From Tricharina praecox (taxonomy: Eukaryota), in assembly GCF_024521635.1 (NCBI RefSeq), contig NW_026250403.1:1364001-1428000 (forward strand): a stretch of 64,000 nucleotides of DNA, given 5' to 3'. The notes beneath the pieces were generated by a model. It had not been told where the DNA came from and did no database searches. It was given only the letters and a program-made list of their open reading frames with translations. Shown piece by piece: positions 1 to 14,093 of the stretch. The translations under genes and the position numbers were made by a program. Position 1 is the first letter of the stretch. Every line of letters begins with the position of its first letter.

Positions 1-3000
1 TGATGCCATATAGCTCGTCAATATCCATAGCAGCCTCGTCGACCAAAGCTTTCCCCTGCAGGAGCACATGGCCTAACTTGTTGTTCTTAAATTCGCCGGA
101 TTTGGCAAGTGTCCGAAGGGTGGCTTCCAAGAGACCTGCAGAGCAATTGAACACCATTCCAGAGCCTAGACGGACCAATGACACTGCAACCCAGAACAAC
201 TGATGAAGATATCGAGATGTTGGCGAGAGGTTGTCCATCATCTTCGTCAGACTGGTGATGATGCTAGTCAGCATCTCGTTGTCTCCGTTTTCGACGAACC
301 GAGTCAGGGCATTGCGCAGGACCACCAGCACTTGATAGAGCAAGTCGTCATCAACATCCTCTCGCGCTAAACATCCCATGACTGCGAACGCTCGTGGTTG
401 GATGGCCGGGTTGCTTTGGAAGGCAGTGCTCGCCACCAAACTCATCCATCGTGCTCGCCATATGTTCGCCATGTCCATTGTAGGCGCGGCAACAGCGATG
501 ATGTCGAGAAGCAAGTTTGTGATCTGTTCCATCGACGTCGACGTGGAATTCTCTGACCGCTGTTCTTGGATCGCTGTAGCATCCCTCGACGTCGGTCTGT
601 TCAAGCTGAAGAGCAGACGCATCTTCGGCTCATTAAGAGATACTAGAACCTGTTTCAATTGTGCTAGGTTCGAATCCTCCAACGGAAAAGACGTCGATAT
701 GGAGTGAACGGTATTCACCAGTAAGCTATGAACTGCCACACGGACCGGGGACTGGCCACAGTTGACGATCATCGTGATGACATGGAAGAGCTCGGGCAAG
801 AACATCTGCGCCTGGATACGGCTGTCGAAGGAGATCGCGAGGCATATCTTGAGCAGCACGCAAATCTCATTCCAAGCGTGATTGTCAACAAGATGGCGTG
901 TTGCGCGAAGTGTCGACTTATTGAGAGCCTTCCGGAGCCTCGCGATGACCTTGCTGCGGATCGTGAGAGTCTCGAAGGACGAACAGATGGACCCAATGGT
1001 TTCAGCACCGTCCGACCCAAACCCAAAGTTCATGGCAGCCTTGATCAATTCTTCCAGGAAAACGTCTAGAAGACCTTCGTCTTTCCCGATGATAAACCAG
1101 GCGTTCTGCTGAAACGATGTGTAAAGCTTAGGCTCTTTCACGGTTATGTCGATGATCTTTCGTGCGATGACAGCCAGTCTCTCACGGCCTCGTTCCGGAT
1201 CCTCGCCACCCATCAAAACGTGCGAGTGAAGGTTCGCAAGCCATGGCGCCATGTAGAGAATGTTCAGAGGGCGTTGTCGAGGATGTGACTTATCCCATCC
1301 AATGAAGAACTCGGTGAGGAAGTCAAAGGTGAGCTGGGGTTCCGTAGCAGCTAATTTTTCGCTCACGCCGACAATGAGTGTCACAGCATCAGGGGGTATG
1401 CTCAAACCTGAACCCCATAAATTAGCAAACACAACATGTGGTGAGAGGACCATTTCAACCAACCTTTAGCATTCACAAATTGTCTGTCAAGGTTGAACTG
1501 AAATGCTTGGCAGAGGGCGCACAGCAGATTGTACGCGGCAAGACGCAGAGCGGGATCAACGCTCGCCATATTCATCAATGAGATGTTGAGCATCGTACCC
1601 GGAACGTCTTCCGGACGAATGGTCCTTTCGCTAAGCTTGGAAGGCTTGTTATCGCTGGAATACTTGGCTTTCGACGACTTGAGTGTCTTGAGGATATCAT
1701 TCTTCTTCGGACTCGAGAAGTAGAAGGAGGTCTTCCCACCATCGGTTTTGATTCCGAATGCATTTTCCTCGTCGGTATGGTAAGCCGCATTTGCTTCTTC
1801 AACATCCGAAAGTCTGAAGATGTCGTTCACGTTGACCAAGATTCTAAACCCTGGGTACAACTCTTGTCGTTTGACAGGTGTAATCTGAATGTACTGACTG
1901 CCGACCTTGAAGATGACCTCCGTATTTCCCTTGGTCATCGACAGCCTAGTGATGTTGTGGAAGACGTATCTCGAGTCGCTCAAAAAGCTCATCGTTTCCC
2001 TTGGCAGATGCAAACTTCCTAGATTGAAGTGTTGCTGCAGCTCCCCTAAACTTCCCAACATGATGAATTCGATTTGGCTAGGGTGCCAAGGGTTGTTTTC
2101 ATCCTTCACGGCATGCCGTAATGCTCGTCTCATGAACTTTCGATAGGCACTATTCATGTTGTAGACGTATAATCGGGAGTAATTCTTGATCATTTCTGGC
2201 GGCATGAGGGAATCGATCTTCCTGTAGACTTCATCTGGTAGTTCGTTGTTAAGACTGTAGCACGTCGCATCGACGAGTACAGCGAAAGGCTTGTGCCACA
2301 TTCGGCTTGCGATCTTCGAGAATCAGCACGTTACGTCGGAGGGTGAGAACTGAAGAGGACGAACCTTGAGGTAGCAGTATGCTAGCAAATCCGGATCAAC
2401 TGTCTCGATGTTGATGTTCCGTTGGACAAAGCAGATCACCGACATCCCGTCCTTAGTTTCACCTCCGTCGTACACTATCCTCGCCGACAGAATGCTTTCG
2501 ACACTGCGGCCAGAGTTCCTCAGCATGAAGTGCTGATACCGTGAGTATGCTGGCTGAACACTCCCAGTAATCTGGGGTCTCCCGAGAGAGATATCGAGCG
2601 GTGGGGCACCGAGGGTCGAAATCAATGCCGAGAACTTATTGATTGAAATTTGGAGCTCGGAAGGAGGCAGTTCGCTGAAGGACTTGTCTCCATTTGGACG
2701 TTGTCGTCTGGCTTTCTCCTCGAAGATAAGCTTGTGGCGGACAGTCTCCCAATGATCGTACAGAAATCGATGCAAAGCCACACTGCTACCGAAATCGAAG
2801 GATTCTTGAAGTTGAATAACCTCGTTGGCCTTTGGAGGGATAGAGATATTGCGGAGGAAAGTGATGACCTCGCAAATATTTCCAGTCAGGAAGTCGTTGA
2901 GTGGGATCATATACGCCTCTTTCGCGCCAAAGAGAACATTGTTGGCCAGATTTTGGATGATCTTCGCAATCAACATCAATCCTCTTCGCATCTCTTTGGT

Positions 3001-6000
3001 GGGTATTAGATCGACTAGGCCTTCAGAATCCGGGGCGACAATAGCTGGGCAAAAGAATCGAAGAAAGATGAAAGCGCCCACGGCAGTGTATTTGGCCTCG
3101 GGAAAGCGGTCGGCAACGCACGAGCTGATGGTATGGCAAATTCTGCGGAACGAGTCCGGAAGGAAGGGTCCCGACTTCGTGATCTCGCTGATGAATATCT
3201 TCGCAATAACCCGCAGCTGTTCCTCATTTGCATACAACACTTCCGGGCATGATGTTCGCGCAGGATCCAATTCAAGATCCAAAACGGCGGACGAAAGGAT
3301 CAACCGTTTGATCGTCTCTTGCAGCACTTTCTTAAGATAGTCCGAGCCCTTCCATTTTGCGAATACGGACAGCATCTTGGTGGCCACGCAGTTCCGTCGG
3401 AGGAGCTCCGATTCACTCTCGGTGTTGGCAACCTCTTGTTCGATGAGTGCCTTCAGCAGAGTCAACCCCAAGCCGCGGGAATCGAAGATGTTTAGTAGCG
3501 CCACCGTGAGCTCATCGACTTCACTGCTCGGGCAGCATACACACAAGGCCAGTGCAAACTTCAAATCGTTGACAAGTAGCTGTTGAGTGTGCATTGTCAG
3601 TGGCTTGCAATATACGAGCGAGACAATCGGCAACTCACATCGATCAACTTCTCGTACTTCTCTCCAATGGCAGAATCACCAAGTGCACCAAACTCGGTTC
3701 CTTGAGTCAAGATATTGGTAAGGACATGCATGAAAGCCGTCCTGGTCTCCAAGGACTCATGGTAGCCGATTTCCAGGGAAAACTTCAGACCAACGTCTAC
3801 GTTCGCACTCAGGAGGTTGGAGAGAGCTTGAATGGCCAATTCCTGGAACGATGCAGCGTCATCCCTAGCTAACGATGCAGTCTGGAGGTCTTTGCGACGG
3901 TCACCCTCGAGTTGACTAAAGTCGAGCAATGAGAGAAACGAAGTGAAATAGCTGCAAAACATTTGAGAGCGTGCATCCACCACATCGGCATCATGAGAGG
4001 AATCGGGCGGCTGGAGCGGCAAGCGATACAACAGATTGACCAGAGCTCGTAAGCATGCTCTGTCAAGGTCCCTCTGCAAACGAACGAACTCGTCTCGCCT
4101 GAATCCTTGACCAATATACGCGGTCTCGGCTTTGGACGGCCTCGACATCCACTCCGACAAGATCTGCAGCAGGCTGTTTCGCACGCGGACATCTTGCCTT
4201 AGATTGACGATCTCCTTCTTCCGCGCTACCAGTTCGACAAGATTACACATTCTGATCTTGATGCGGAGAGTCGTGTAGTCCTCCTTCAAGGTATGCAGAT
4301 ACCGAGCCAGACTTAGGGTCATTGCTCCCAGATCCACAGTGAGGAATGTGTCTTGTGCGTCCTCCAGCCGCTCGACAATAGTCTTCAGCAATGAGCAAAC
4401 CTGCTCCGCGAACAATGTCCGACTCTCGCTGACGGCGTCCTTTAGCGGGTCAAGCACAATGTTAAGTTCCGTTTCCAATGACCGAAAGAGTTGTAGATAG
4501 AGCCTAGGATTGAGTTCTGTCCCAAGGACCTCCCGTATGTTTTCTCGGACACTAACGAGCTTGCAAACAAGCAACTGCAGACACTGCTTCATAAACCGCT
4601 CCAGCAGCGACATGGTATCCCCATCGCTCGTAATCCGGTCGATCCATTTTAGGCCAACCATGGTAGCGTCGATAACTCGCATGTGTGGAGGGACATGAGC
4701 GGGAATGTCGGCAATACAGCACCCACCGATGGATGCCAGGAATCCGGAGTAATTCCGCCATTCGGCATGGAGTCGATCTTCCAAGCGACCAGTAACAGCA
4801 ACACCCTGGGAAAGTATGTGCTTGCAGAGAGTCCGCCACCTAGTGAAGACAGACTCCCAGGCAGTTAGTATCCCGGGGCTCGGGACAGACATTCTGGTCA
4901 GAAGCTTCCTCAACCGTTTCTGGAACGCCACCGGTCCGGTGATCCGGAATGTCTGTAGCGAAAGTTCTGAATAAACCGGGAAATTCCTCATCAGCGTCAG
5001 GTTTGACCTGGCTAGATCCTCCGGGTTCTCGGTCAACCGGCCCTCTTCGCAGAGCAAAGCGATCGCATGTGTTGTGACCGAGCAGATGTCCAAGTCACTG
5101 GAACAAAGGAGAACCAGAAAAGATATTTCCAGCGACACATTGGCCTTGATTCTTTCAGGAATGTCAGAAACACCAATGGTGAAATCCTGACTAAAAGGTA
5201 AGTCATCCTCGTCACCATTAGCGGCACTGGCGGCAGTTTTTAGTACCTTCCGAGACTGTATGATGTTGACCCGCGTCTCGAGGTAACCGTGAACTAGTTC
5301 CAGCATGCTCTTGAGGCCCGGGTCACGGAAATCGAAGTCCAATAGCTTTTTAGAGAGCGTTGCTACAATCGCGGATCTAAGAAAACACATCAGCCATCGA
5401 ACGCATATACTTTCAGGGCATGAAACTCACGTTCCCCTCCAGAAGAACTCGAGCACTTTGTCATCGTTTTCCTGATGACCCTCCATGTGCGTCGCAACCC
5501 GGAATGCTTCTGGTGACAACAGCCTCCGGGCGAAGATGACAGTAGAGTTTCGTACAAATTCGTCGTCATCACAGATCAACTTGAGAATAGAATCAATCGA
5601 TTTTTCGAGCATTTGATCCCACTTCTCTCCGTAGGCGTGAAGGCTCTCGTAGAGGAGTAACGGACGGATTTTGAGTAGCTCAAGCAACTGATAGAGGAGC
5701 TCGACGGACCCAATGCTGTCTGTGGATATGTTCTTGTGGCGCATCTTTTCCATGATCGCTCCGTTGTTGAACGGAGCGCTGCCAGCGCTCACAGCCTTTC
5801 GCATACTAGATATGCCATGGAGGTATTCTCTCAGGTCCGGCGCAATGGCTTCGAATAGCAGCGAGTACTGCTCCGGTTTCGGCTGACTCGCAAGGACTGC
5901 GGCACCGGCAAAGACGGTGATCTTGAACGACATCGGAGAGTTCTTGTCCAAGCACCTCGGGACCAGATGCTCCACCACCAGATCGGGCGATAGCCTTGCC

Positions 6001-7458
6001 AAGCTGACGAATGCCTTTATCAAGACGTCTCGATCCATACTGTCATCCATCGCCGGTGGGCCAGGGGAAGGTTTCTTGAAAATCTCTTCCCTCATGTCGT
6101 TCTGGATATCCAGTGCGAAGCTCAACAGGGCGCTATCGGTGTCGTTGGCGAATAAACTTCCAGCCCGACATATGGTAATAAGGCATGAAGCTGCTATATC
6201 TGCAGACTTGAGCTGCCGTAGGGCTTGTCGCAAGTTATTCAGGAACACAATCTTTTTCGCTAGAGAACTGCCGCGCTGCGATCCACTCATGTCTGCATGG
6301 ACAAAGACTTCTGGAAGTAGGAGAACTAGGGCCGTCTGTAATGGCCAGATGACGGCCCTCCGTTTTGTGCCGTCGGTCAACGAGCCCGCAAAATCGAACA
6401 ACACATCCGCTCCGCCTTCGAGTCGTTGCTGCGATTGGTGCAACTGTACAAAATCCCTAGGGTGCGAATCGATCCATCTATGGATTGCCTCCGGTAACAG
6501 CGCAGCAAGCATATTCTGGGATGATTTCCGTAAAGGCAGGAAACTGTTACTGATCTCCTGGAGCACCAAAGAAAGCTTCTTCTGGTTGAGTGACAGGTGA
6601 GCTATGAACTGCAGTCCGCTAGCATCCAGGTCTTCCGCGCTTTGCCGCAATGTCTTCAGTTTCGATCTCATGGTCTGGTATACAAGCGGCCAATTGGAGG
6701 CACTCAAGAATTCGATAACTTTGAACGTGGCCTTGTCCAGCTCGTTCGGTTTCTTTGGAAGTCCATCTAAGCTTCGCTCCTCGGCTTGGGCCCCCTTCCC
6801 CACTTGTAGCTCGTCGACATTGGGGCTCGACGTTAACTTCAACAGCAGTTCCATAGTATATCTGGCCTGCCCTTCGTCCAATGGTGGCGGATCAACGTCT
6901 CGTCGTCTGGATCTTCGCGGCGGCAATCCCCCGTTGGCTGTGGCATCGTTGTTTGGGGTCTCCGGTTTTCGCGACGCATCGGCGGCATCCCAATTCGCAG
7001 CCGTACAGTCGGCCAAAAGCTCCACCAGGTACGTCTGGGTCAGGAGCACGAGTTGCGGTCGGTTCCTCGGCGAAAGCTGCTCGTATGGCTGCAATGGAAC
7101 TTCGTCAACAATGTCCTCGATATATCTCTCTCGCGCGTGCTCCGGGGGACGGGGGGCGTGGGAGGGGGTTGGAACGGGAGTGTCAATGAACCCTCGATAT
7201 GCTCTCCAATTGATTCACAATAGCCGCTACCAGTATGTCGAGCTGCGACTTTGCTATCTCAATCATGGTGCGACGCGACAGCGCCACAACCTCATCACGT
7301 CGAACATCATTCAAGTCATCCCCAGTCCGATTTGGAAGCTATGCCTCAAGTCAGCGACCGATCCTTCTCCCCGAAGCCGACGCCATCTGTCATCGATCAC
7401 ACACCCTCGCCGAGAGCCGCTCCAGTAACGTCTGCACCAGCTTGCGATCCCCGTCCAT
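1..7458 (-). CDS. IRA2: Neurofibromin/IRA1-IRA2-like Ras GTPase-activating protein (RasGAP + Sec14/CRAL-TRIO-PH-like region); 3' end runs off the window
   Basis: ATG at 7458 (MDGDRKLVQTLLERLSAR|LPNRTG...). Inferred introns 7339-7404, 7089-7191, 5377-5430, 3580-3638, 2314-2364 and 1408-1463 join ORFs 5427-7094, 3597-5390, 2323-3633 and 1402-2301; the last exon appears to stay open to base 1. RasGAP motifs SELLRRNCVATKML (arginine finger region), FIFLRFFCPAIVAP and AKIIQNLAN are followed by a Sec14-PH-like segment (LYVYNMNSAYRKF). Confidence 0.92.
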
Positions 7459-9848
7459 GGAGGCAATCGCGCGTGGTTACCGTATCGTGTCTGCGTGTAC
7501 GGGGGGGGTGGAGGTGGTGGCGATGGTGGTGGTGGTGGTGGTTGGCTGGCTCGTTCGAAAGTATGGATCGGCACTTGAGACGTGTGGAGAGGTGGATCGT
7601 TTTCGCTCTTTCAACCTGCTATGGACATTGGCTTCGCGCTTTGGGGTCGGAGAGGAAGCGGGGGCGGTCGAGCGGGGCGCGGCAGCTGGGCGTGGAGGGT
7701 GAGACAGGTTGGGGTTTTGAGGTGTGATCGAGAGAGCAAGAAGATTCGTAGCCGGAGCGAGAGAAGGTAAGATGAACTGTGGATGGGTTGCTCGCACGGA
7801 GATTAGATATAACGGGCACACGCTAAGGAAGGCCGGATGAGTTACGTAGAATGACAAGCGGACGCCCACGTGAGGCTCACACAGGTCATAAGGTTGGTTA
7901 CTCGGAAGAAGAATGCGGGCTCACAGACAACCGGTGAAGGAAAGATCTTTTTTGGCCACCAAGACTAGAGGCCGTTTCCTCAGTGCATAGTATAGGTAGC
8001 ATGTACTATACAGCTGGCGGCATGGGTGAGGGCCCGCATCGGAAAACCGGCCGCTCTCGCTACACTGCCCGCACCCCTCCTGCCCCATCTTTACCGCTTC
8101 GCACGCTCCCCACCACCACTACAACTACTACATACAAGGCACGCTCATTGCTATTCGTCCTCGATCACATCACCATCATAGGCCCTCACTCTGCAGTCAA
8201 ACATCCCCGTCAGACCCGGTCCTGAGCTGCTTCTGCCGGACCCAAAGCCTAGGTACTTACATTATGTACTTAGGCATCAGCTCATTGTCGGAGAAGGATC
8301 AACACCCCGCCGTCCGAGGGCTCGCAGGCCCGCAAATGCAACCCCCACTCAGCATCCACCACCACTACCCACCACTCTAGTCCACTACTGTCACATTCAT
8401 CCGGACTAATCCCCACGGAGAATCATCATACTGACACTCAGTCCGGCTCCCGATGTCCGATACCAGGGAATTCTACGCGGCTTCGATGTGCTGTTATTGT
8501 TGTGTGGGCTGCTTCTGGTTGAGAGCAGAGGTTCATGGCACTGCGGAGCCGGTCTGGAGAATGGTGGGCGTGATGGTGGGGAGAAGCTCTTCTCTTCTCA
8601 ACGGTCATTTACCGAGCAATTCATGCTATGTCGTACGTGTATGGAGTAGCCTACTGCAAGTACCTAGCCGGCTTACTGCGATCGATCACCTACCTGCCCC
8701 GTCCGTGCTGAGATGAGGATGGAGATATCGACATCCTGGCACCGCCGGCGCTTCAGGTTGGAATGGGACCTAAAGGATGCGGAAACTCTGTTCTTTGGTC
8801 TCGACTCTTCAGATGATCGCGGATTGTGGTTTCGCGTGGGCCGGAACCGAGCTACATCCATACATACCGGTCCGTGACCCTCTGCGGTTCTGCCATGTCG
8901 AATGAAGTCGTCCATAGCTCGCTCTCTATCGGTCATCGTTGGAAAGATGGATGGAATGAGAAGCTATCCTATCCCTTCTATTTTTTCTATTCATACTATC
9001 CATCCTACTCTTCCCCAAATAGCTCCGTAAGCAAGCTCACTCCACATTCTAGCCTGATCCGAGCCACCTTTCCCCGCGCTGCCGAAAGCCGATCTCCTGC
9101 CAGCCGCTCACGTTTCTCGGAACCGTTAGGCTTTAGTGGATGACGCCACTTTCAATTACCCGAGCCGAACCAAAAACCTCTCCGAATCCAGCATGCACAG
9201 CCATAAGGAATTAACGAAACAGAACAATAAGCGGTTACTTACGATGAGCATAGTTACCTTTTAAATGCCACAGGTGCATTGCATTGTTCGGTGAGTCCCG
9301 TGCTAGACGACTACATACGCGCCGGGTTGCGCAGTTGCGTCTGTTTGCTCCAGCCTTGGAAGCCGAGTGGAAGGCATTAAACTAATGTGGGATGGCAGCG
9401 GGGAACAGCGCTTACTCTCATGGCACATTCCATAGTGGCACAGTGAATGTGGAGGCTGGTAAAGTGTGGAGGATATGTAGCACTCGTCAAGCCAAGAGAT
9501 TGCAACTACGGTCACTGTAATCGCGAAGGCTGGATAGATGATCTGGATTCCGGGGTAGAGCGGGACAAGCTCGCAATGAGCTGTGGTGATCTATGGCTGT
9601 GCGATGCCCCTGAGTACTTGAGCATGAACAAAGCTGCCGCCTACAGAATGTGCATCATTGCCATAAGCAACCACCCATACATCTATTTCTAAGCAGGTAC
9701 ACCCTTCGTCTCCATTTCTATCCGCCGCGCGATATCTACTCTATACTCATCTACAAAAACGGTCTCAAAAAGAAAACAGCAGCTATCAGAATTAACCCAG
9801 TGTAATGCTGCTCCGGCAGTCTAAAACATGAACACACCCCTTCCCACA

Positions 9849-12293
9849 TTAAAAATGCGGTACGCCCGCACTAGCCATCAGCAGGTTTGCCATACTCACC
9901 AGCCCCTCCCCGAGGATCAATCCACTGGCCAGAACCACCAACATAGTCTGTCCCTCACTGCCAAACTTCCTGTTCCACCACCACTGCAACCCGCCGCCCA
10001 CCGCCCTCGCAAGCGTGAATGACGGGGTGTTGTACATTCCCACCGCCACTGCGATGCCACTTGGAATCCAGGGATTTCCCTTGACCACCCAGCCCCTCAA
10101 GATCGTAGTGACCGTGAAGATGCCCGCAAAGGCCATCGCGAAGCCCCACGCGCCATCAGGAAGTCCCTTGCCATACACCAGTCTCGAGCAATCGATCCAG
10201 ACATATGCGGTGGGCACCTGGAATAGGTCGCCGGGAATCGGGTATACCGCCGAGTAGATCCTGTAGGCCCACGCCGATACCACAGCGCCAAAGACGCTGC
10301 CGATCAGCTGGCCGTAGAACTGTGCGCGTGGCGAGGCGCCAATCACATGCCCGGTCTTGAGGTCTTGCATGATGTCGCCGGCTTGCTGCGCGCCTGCTTC
10401 GGATACGGCGCCGACCACGAGGTTGATTGCTACTGCGGCCGGGTTCGAGGCGGGGACTATCAGTGCAAAGATCAATTGCGTGAGTTTGGAGATGCCGGAA
10501 ACAGGGTTGAGATCGGTTTGTCCTAGGGGGAGGATTAGCATGTTGGTGATACCGCGGGTGAGGAGCTGTGGGCCTACCCAATGCGCGGACGCCCATGACA
10601 CTAAGAACCAGGGCAAGGAAGAACGCAACGACAGTTGCATACAGTGGAACCTGTCCAAAAACAACTCTGATGGCGACAATGCAGAGTATCCCAGATGCCA
10701 CCAGGCCCCAGACTACAACCCACATAGGTACCAAGAAAGATGGATCCGCGTCCTGCTCTGGTGTCTCATCGTCGACTTCGAACCGAGGCGTTCTTCGCCG
10801 ACGAAGGCCGGGATAATGAGCCGGAACGTCCTCTTCGTCCTCTGCGTCCTCCGGTAAAGGTTCATAGTCGCTCTGCCCGCTCCGAAGCCGTCTTGTGCCT
10901 AATGCGGCGCGGATAAGGGGATCAAACATGATGCCCGATAGAGAAATGATGCTGTCTGCAAGCATTATCGCCAGACTCACCCATACCAGCCATCCTCTGC
11001 TGCCTGTTGCCCAGTCACCAACAGGACCCGGTGCCCATCCGCTCCTCTTGGCCAATGGGCTTAGGATCCCCCATCCCAAAAACGCTCCAAAAAGCATGTG
11101 GGCTGTCGTTTGCGGTCCCATGATTATCCCTTGGCCGACATATGCTGGGCTCGGGTTCAAAGTCCAAAGCCAGTGGTTTGCTGCAGCGAAACCAAAGATT
11201 GGCAGGTCACGGATGATCGGAAAGAAATATGAGAACAGCGTCTGCGAGCGGTCAGAGCTGGATACCCGTTCTCATCCAAAACCTGACTCACATAGACACC
11301 GCTCACTGCAAAAGAATAAAACAACATCCTGGTTTGCTTCTTCCAGTCGGCCGTTTCACTGTGTTCAACGTTATCCGCCTCAGGTGTGTCTGCCATCAGA
11401 ATTGTGGTTTGTGACGGCAACTGGGTTGCAGACTGTGCGCGGCGTGTATTCTTCTCATCGCCATGCAGAACCGAGATCCTGTGAACATGAGCTTAGTGGC
11501 CTGGTGAAACGGGGGGGGGGGGTACAGCCTACATCAAAGCCGTAGCTGTTCCAGAAGGGAATTTTAGCTTTTCCCGTATGATCACTTGTTTCCTCAGCGG
11601 AACGGCAAAGAATACGCCAAAGAAGGCAACCCCGAGCCCCCAGAACACCAGCTTTGGCGTCGAGACAACTATCGGGCCGCCTTCTGCCGGTGTGAGGAGA
11701 CGTTCAAGAGCCGGAATCACACCTTGATGACAAATCAGCAAAGTTCGCATTGCGGAAACCGTCTACACGTGCTCACCGACAAAGCCCGCGCTAAGAGGCA
11801 TGGAGCCCACGGCGACGGCGACAGTCTGCACCAACACATTCTCCACAGCAGTGAACGGATAATCCAGTCTGTGGGCCAGAGTCTTGAATACCGCGAATCC
11901 GACCAAGGACGAGGGCATCGACATCATGGAGACCCAGCCCGCTGTAAGGATACGGTAGTTCGTTAGTATCGGCCGCTAACTTAGAGCTCTCCAAGAAGAC
12001 TTACTTTGCAGTCCAAAATACATGTTCGAGAAGCACACGATGGTACCAACCGCCAGGCCAACCAACACCGCCCGAACGGTGAACTGACGTTCATGTCGCA
12101 CACTCTCATAAGAGTTCTGTTTCCGTGGTCTCGACGTTGCAGAGGCCTCCATATCGCTGCTCCGGTCGTGTGAATTGCTGGAAACCGCCATCTCGAGATC
12201 GCGACGCGCGGTATCAACGTTGTTGGAGGAGAGGTAAATGGGGGAGTTCGCAGCTGGTAGATCCGGGACCGACCTCTTTCTGAACGACGCCAT
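9849..12293 (-). CDS. OPT superfamily oligopeptide / metal-chelate transporter (YGL114W/YSL-like clade)
   Basis: Motifs QFTVRAVLVGLAVG..SNMYFGLQ, GWVSMMSMP, PLRKQVIIREKLKFPSGTATA, SPAYVGQGIIMG, TDLNPVSGISKLTQ and QQAGDIMQDLKTGH. Introns 11942-12004, 11723-11776, 11479-11532, 11242-11291 and 10523-10577 restore one frame ending at TAA 9849. Confidence 0.93.
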
Positions 12294-13667
12294 GGCTGTG
12301 GATCCGGAGTTCCACCGGCGTTTCCGAGACTAGCAGATTTTGAAAGTCGGTGATGCGATGACACATGAGCGGCTCTATTCGAAGATCGCCCTGTGGGTGA
12401 CCAGAAATCCCTGAAGGATGTCCAGGGTGTGGCGGGAGTAACGACGTTGGGGGGTGCATCCTAAGCTTTCGGCAAACGTTCTGTGGCCTCCGTGGCCCGA
12501 ACCATCCCCTAAATCTTGAACACTCAGCACGCCCGCTCGCCACTTTTTTCTTCTCTTTCTTTCCTTCTGGCTCGACGACAAGGGGCTGTACGCGCTCCTG
12601 CTCTGCTATGGGTTTATCCGCAAGAACCCGGCATTCATCCGACGCCGCTCGTATCGAATAACTCGGCGTAGAAAGCTGTCTGCCTCCGCCCCCACAACCA
12701 GTGCTACTCTATGTTATGTACTCTACATACATCTTACTACTAGTACCGCTAAGTTCTGTGCTGGAGACTGTGGACCGTGATGATGATATATAGAGGGGTA
12801 AGTATTGATTGGGTTCGCCTTGTAATCCAGATACCCAGGTAGTAGATTACAGATTAGCCACCCGAATACATGGTTTGAGCTCACGATCAATCGATAGATA
12901 CTGCCTATGTACGACCACTGACAAACTATCCAGGTACCTACCTATACGTTCAACCCAATTTCAAAGCACTCAAGGCCTTAAATTCTTCATGAGTACCTGC
13001 CTTGATTATTAAGGTGGAATGGCTTCGGAGCTCTCTTTTCGGTCCTTTCCTAAGATTGTGTGTACTGGATGACTCCGGCGAGAAAGCAATGCCATGCGCA
13101 ACTACCTACGGCTGCGCAAAACTCGCGCAGCTCGCAGTTGAACTTGTACAATATCTACATAATAAGGGTAAAGGATACCCGGTTGGAACGTGAGAAGTGC
13201 TAAGGTTTCTAGCAGTGTTCGTAGGAACAGGGCTGGTCGCACCTTTGCGCTCAGCCCATGCTTAGACATTGCATAGCCGCGTTTTAAGCGATCCTCTCGC
13301 AATGCACTCACCAAATATTGCTTGTTCGAAAGGCATTCACGCCGACAGCGCCACAGGCACATTTCAAAAGTTGATCAGGAGCCTCTAACTTTTGAGTAGC
13401 ATGACTATTAATTTACTCATTTGACCCCAGATCGTACGCACAGCACCGTCCAGCCGTGCGCAGTTCGGTCATCAGGCAAACCAGTCGCTTTCAGTTTGGA
13501 TAGTCATATGGATATAAGATCGTGTTCAGTCGTCCCTGTCGACGAAGTTGGCCATCATACTGGTACAATACTCCCATACGACATCACCATACAACTACCA
13601 TCATCATCACATCGGTCCATTACTACATACATCCGTCCATACATCCATCACTCTACTCTACATACCG

Positions 13668-14093
13668 ATGTCTGCTTCTACCACCATACTCACCCTCTAC
13701 TTCCTCCTCCTCACCAGTACTCAACTTACCAGCGCCCATCTCATCAAACGCAAGGGCGCTGGTGGCGGAGGCGGTGGTGCTCGCGGCGGCGGATCCTTTA
13801 CAGCCAGCGGCGGTGGCGGCGGCGGTAGCGGCGGCTCCGAATCATTGACCCACGACCAATGGTCACTTATCTTCATCATTGTCGGCACCATCTGCGGTGT
13901 CATCGTTTCTGCGATCGTCGGTGTCAGAGTCTACTGGTGTATCCGGACACGGAGACGGGCTGTCGCATTGCGTCAACAATTCGAGAAGCACGCTCGATAC
14001 CCGTACGCGAGCAGCGATAGCTCCACTACCAAGCTTAGCCCCACGGCTATGGTCGGTGTGCGAAAGCCCGAGAGGATGTACCTGCGTTTTTAA
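13668..14093 (+). CDS. Small (141 aa) putative type I membrane protein: signal peptide, KR site, Gly-rich ectodomain, one TM helix, basic cytoplasmic tail
   Basis: First ATG of ORF 13548-14093 gives MSASTTILTLYFLLLTSTQLTSA-HLIKR-KGAGGGGGGARGGG...-WSLIFIIVGTICGVIVSAIVGVRVYWC-IRTRRR. This is a coherent topology that obeys the positive-inside rule. The upstream leader is C/A-rich and the downstream flank is T/G-rich and UTR-like. Confidence 0.75.
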   Translation: MSASTTILTLYFLLLTSTQLTSAHLIKRKGAGGGGGGARGGGSFTASGGGGGGSGGSESLTHDQWSLIFIIVGTICGVIVSAIVGVRVYWCIRTRRRAVALRQQFEKHARYPYASSDSSTTKLSPTAMVGVRKPERMYLRF

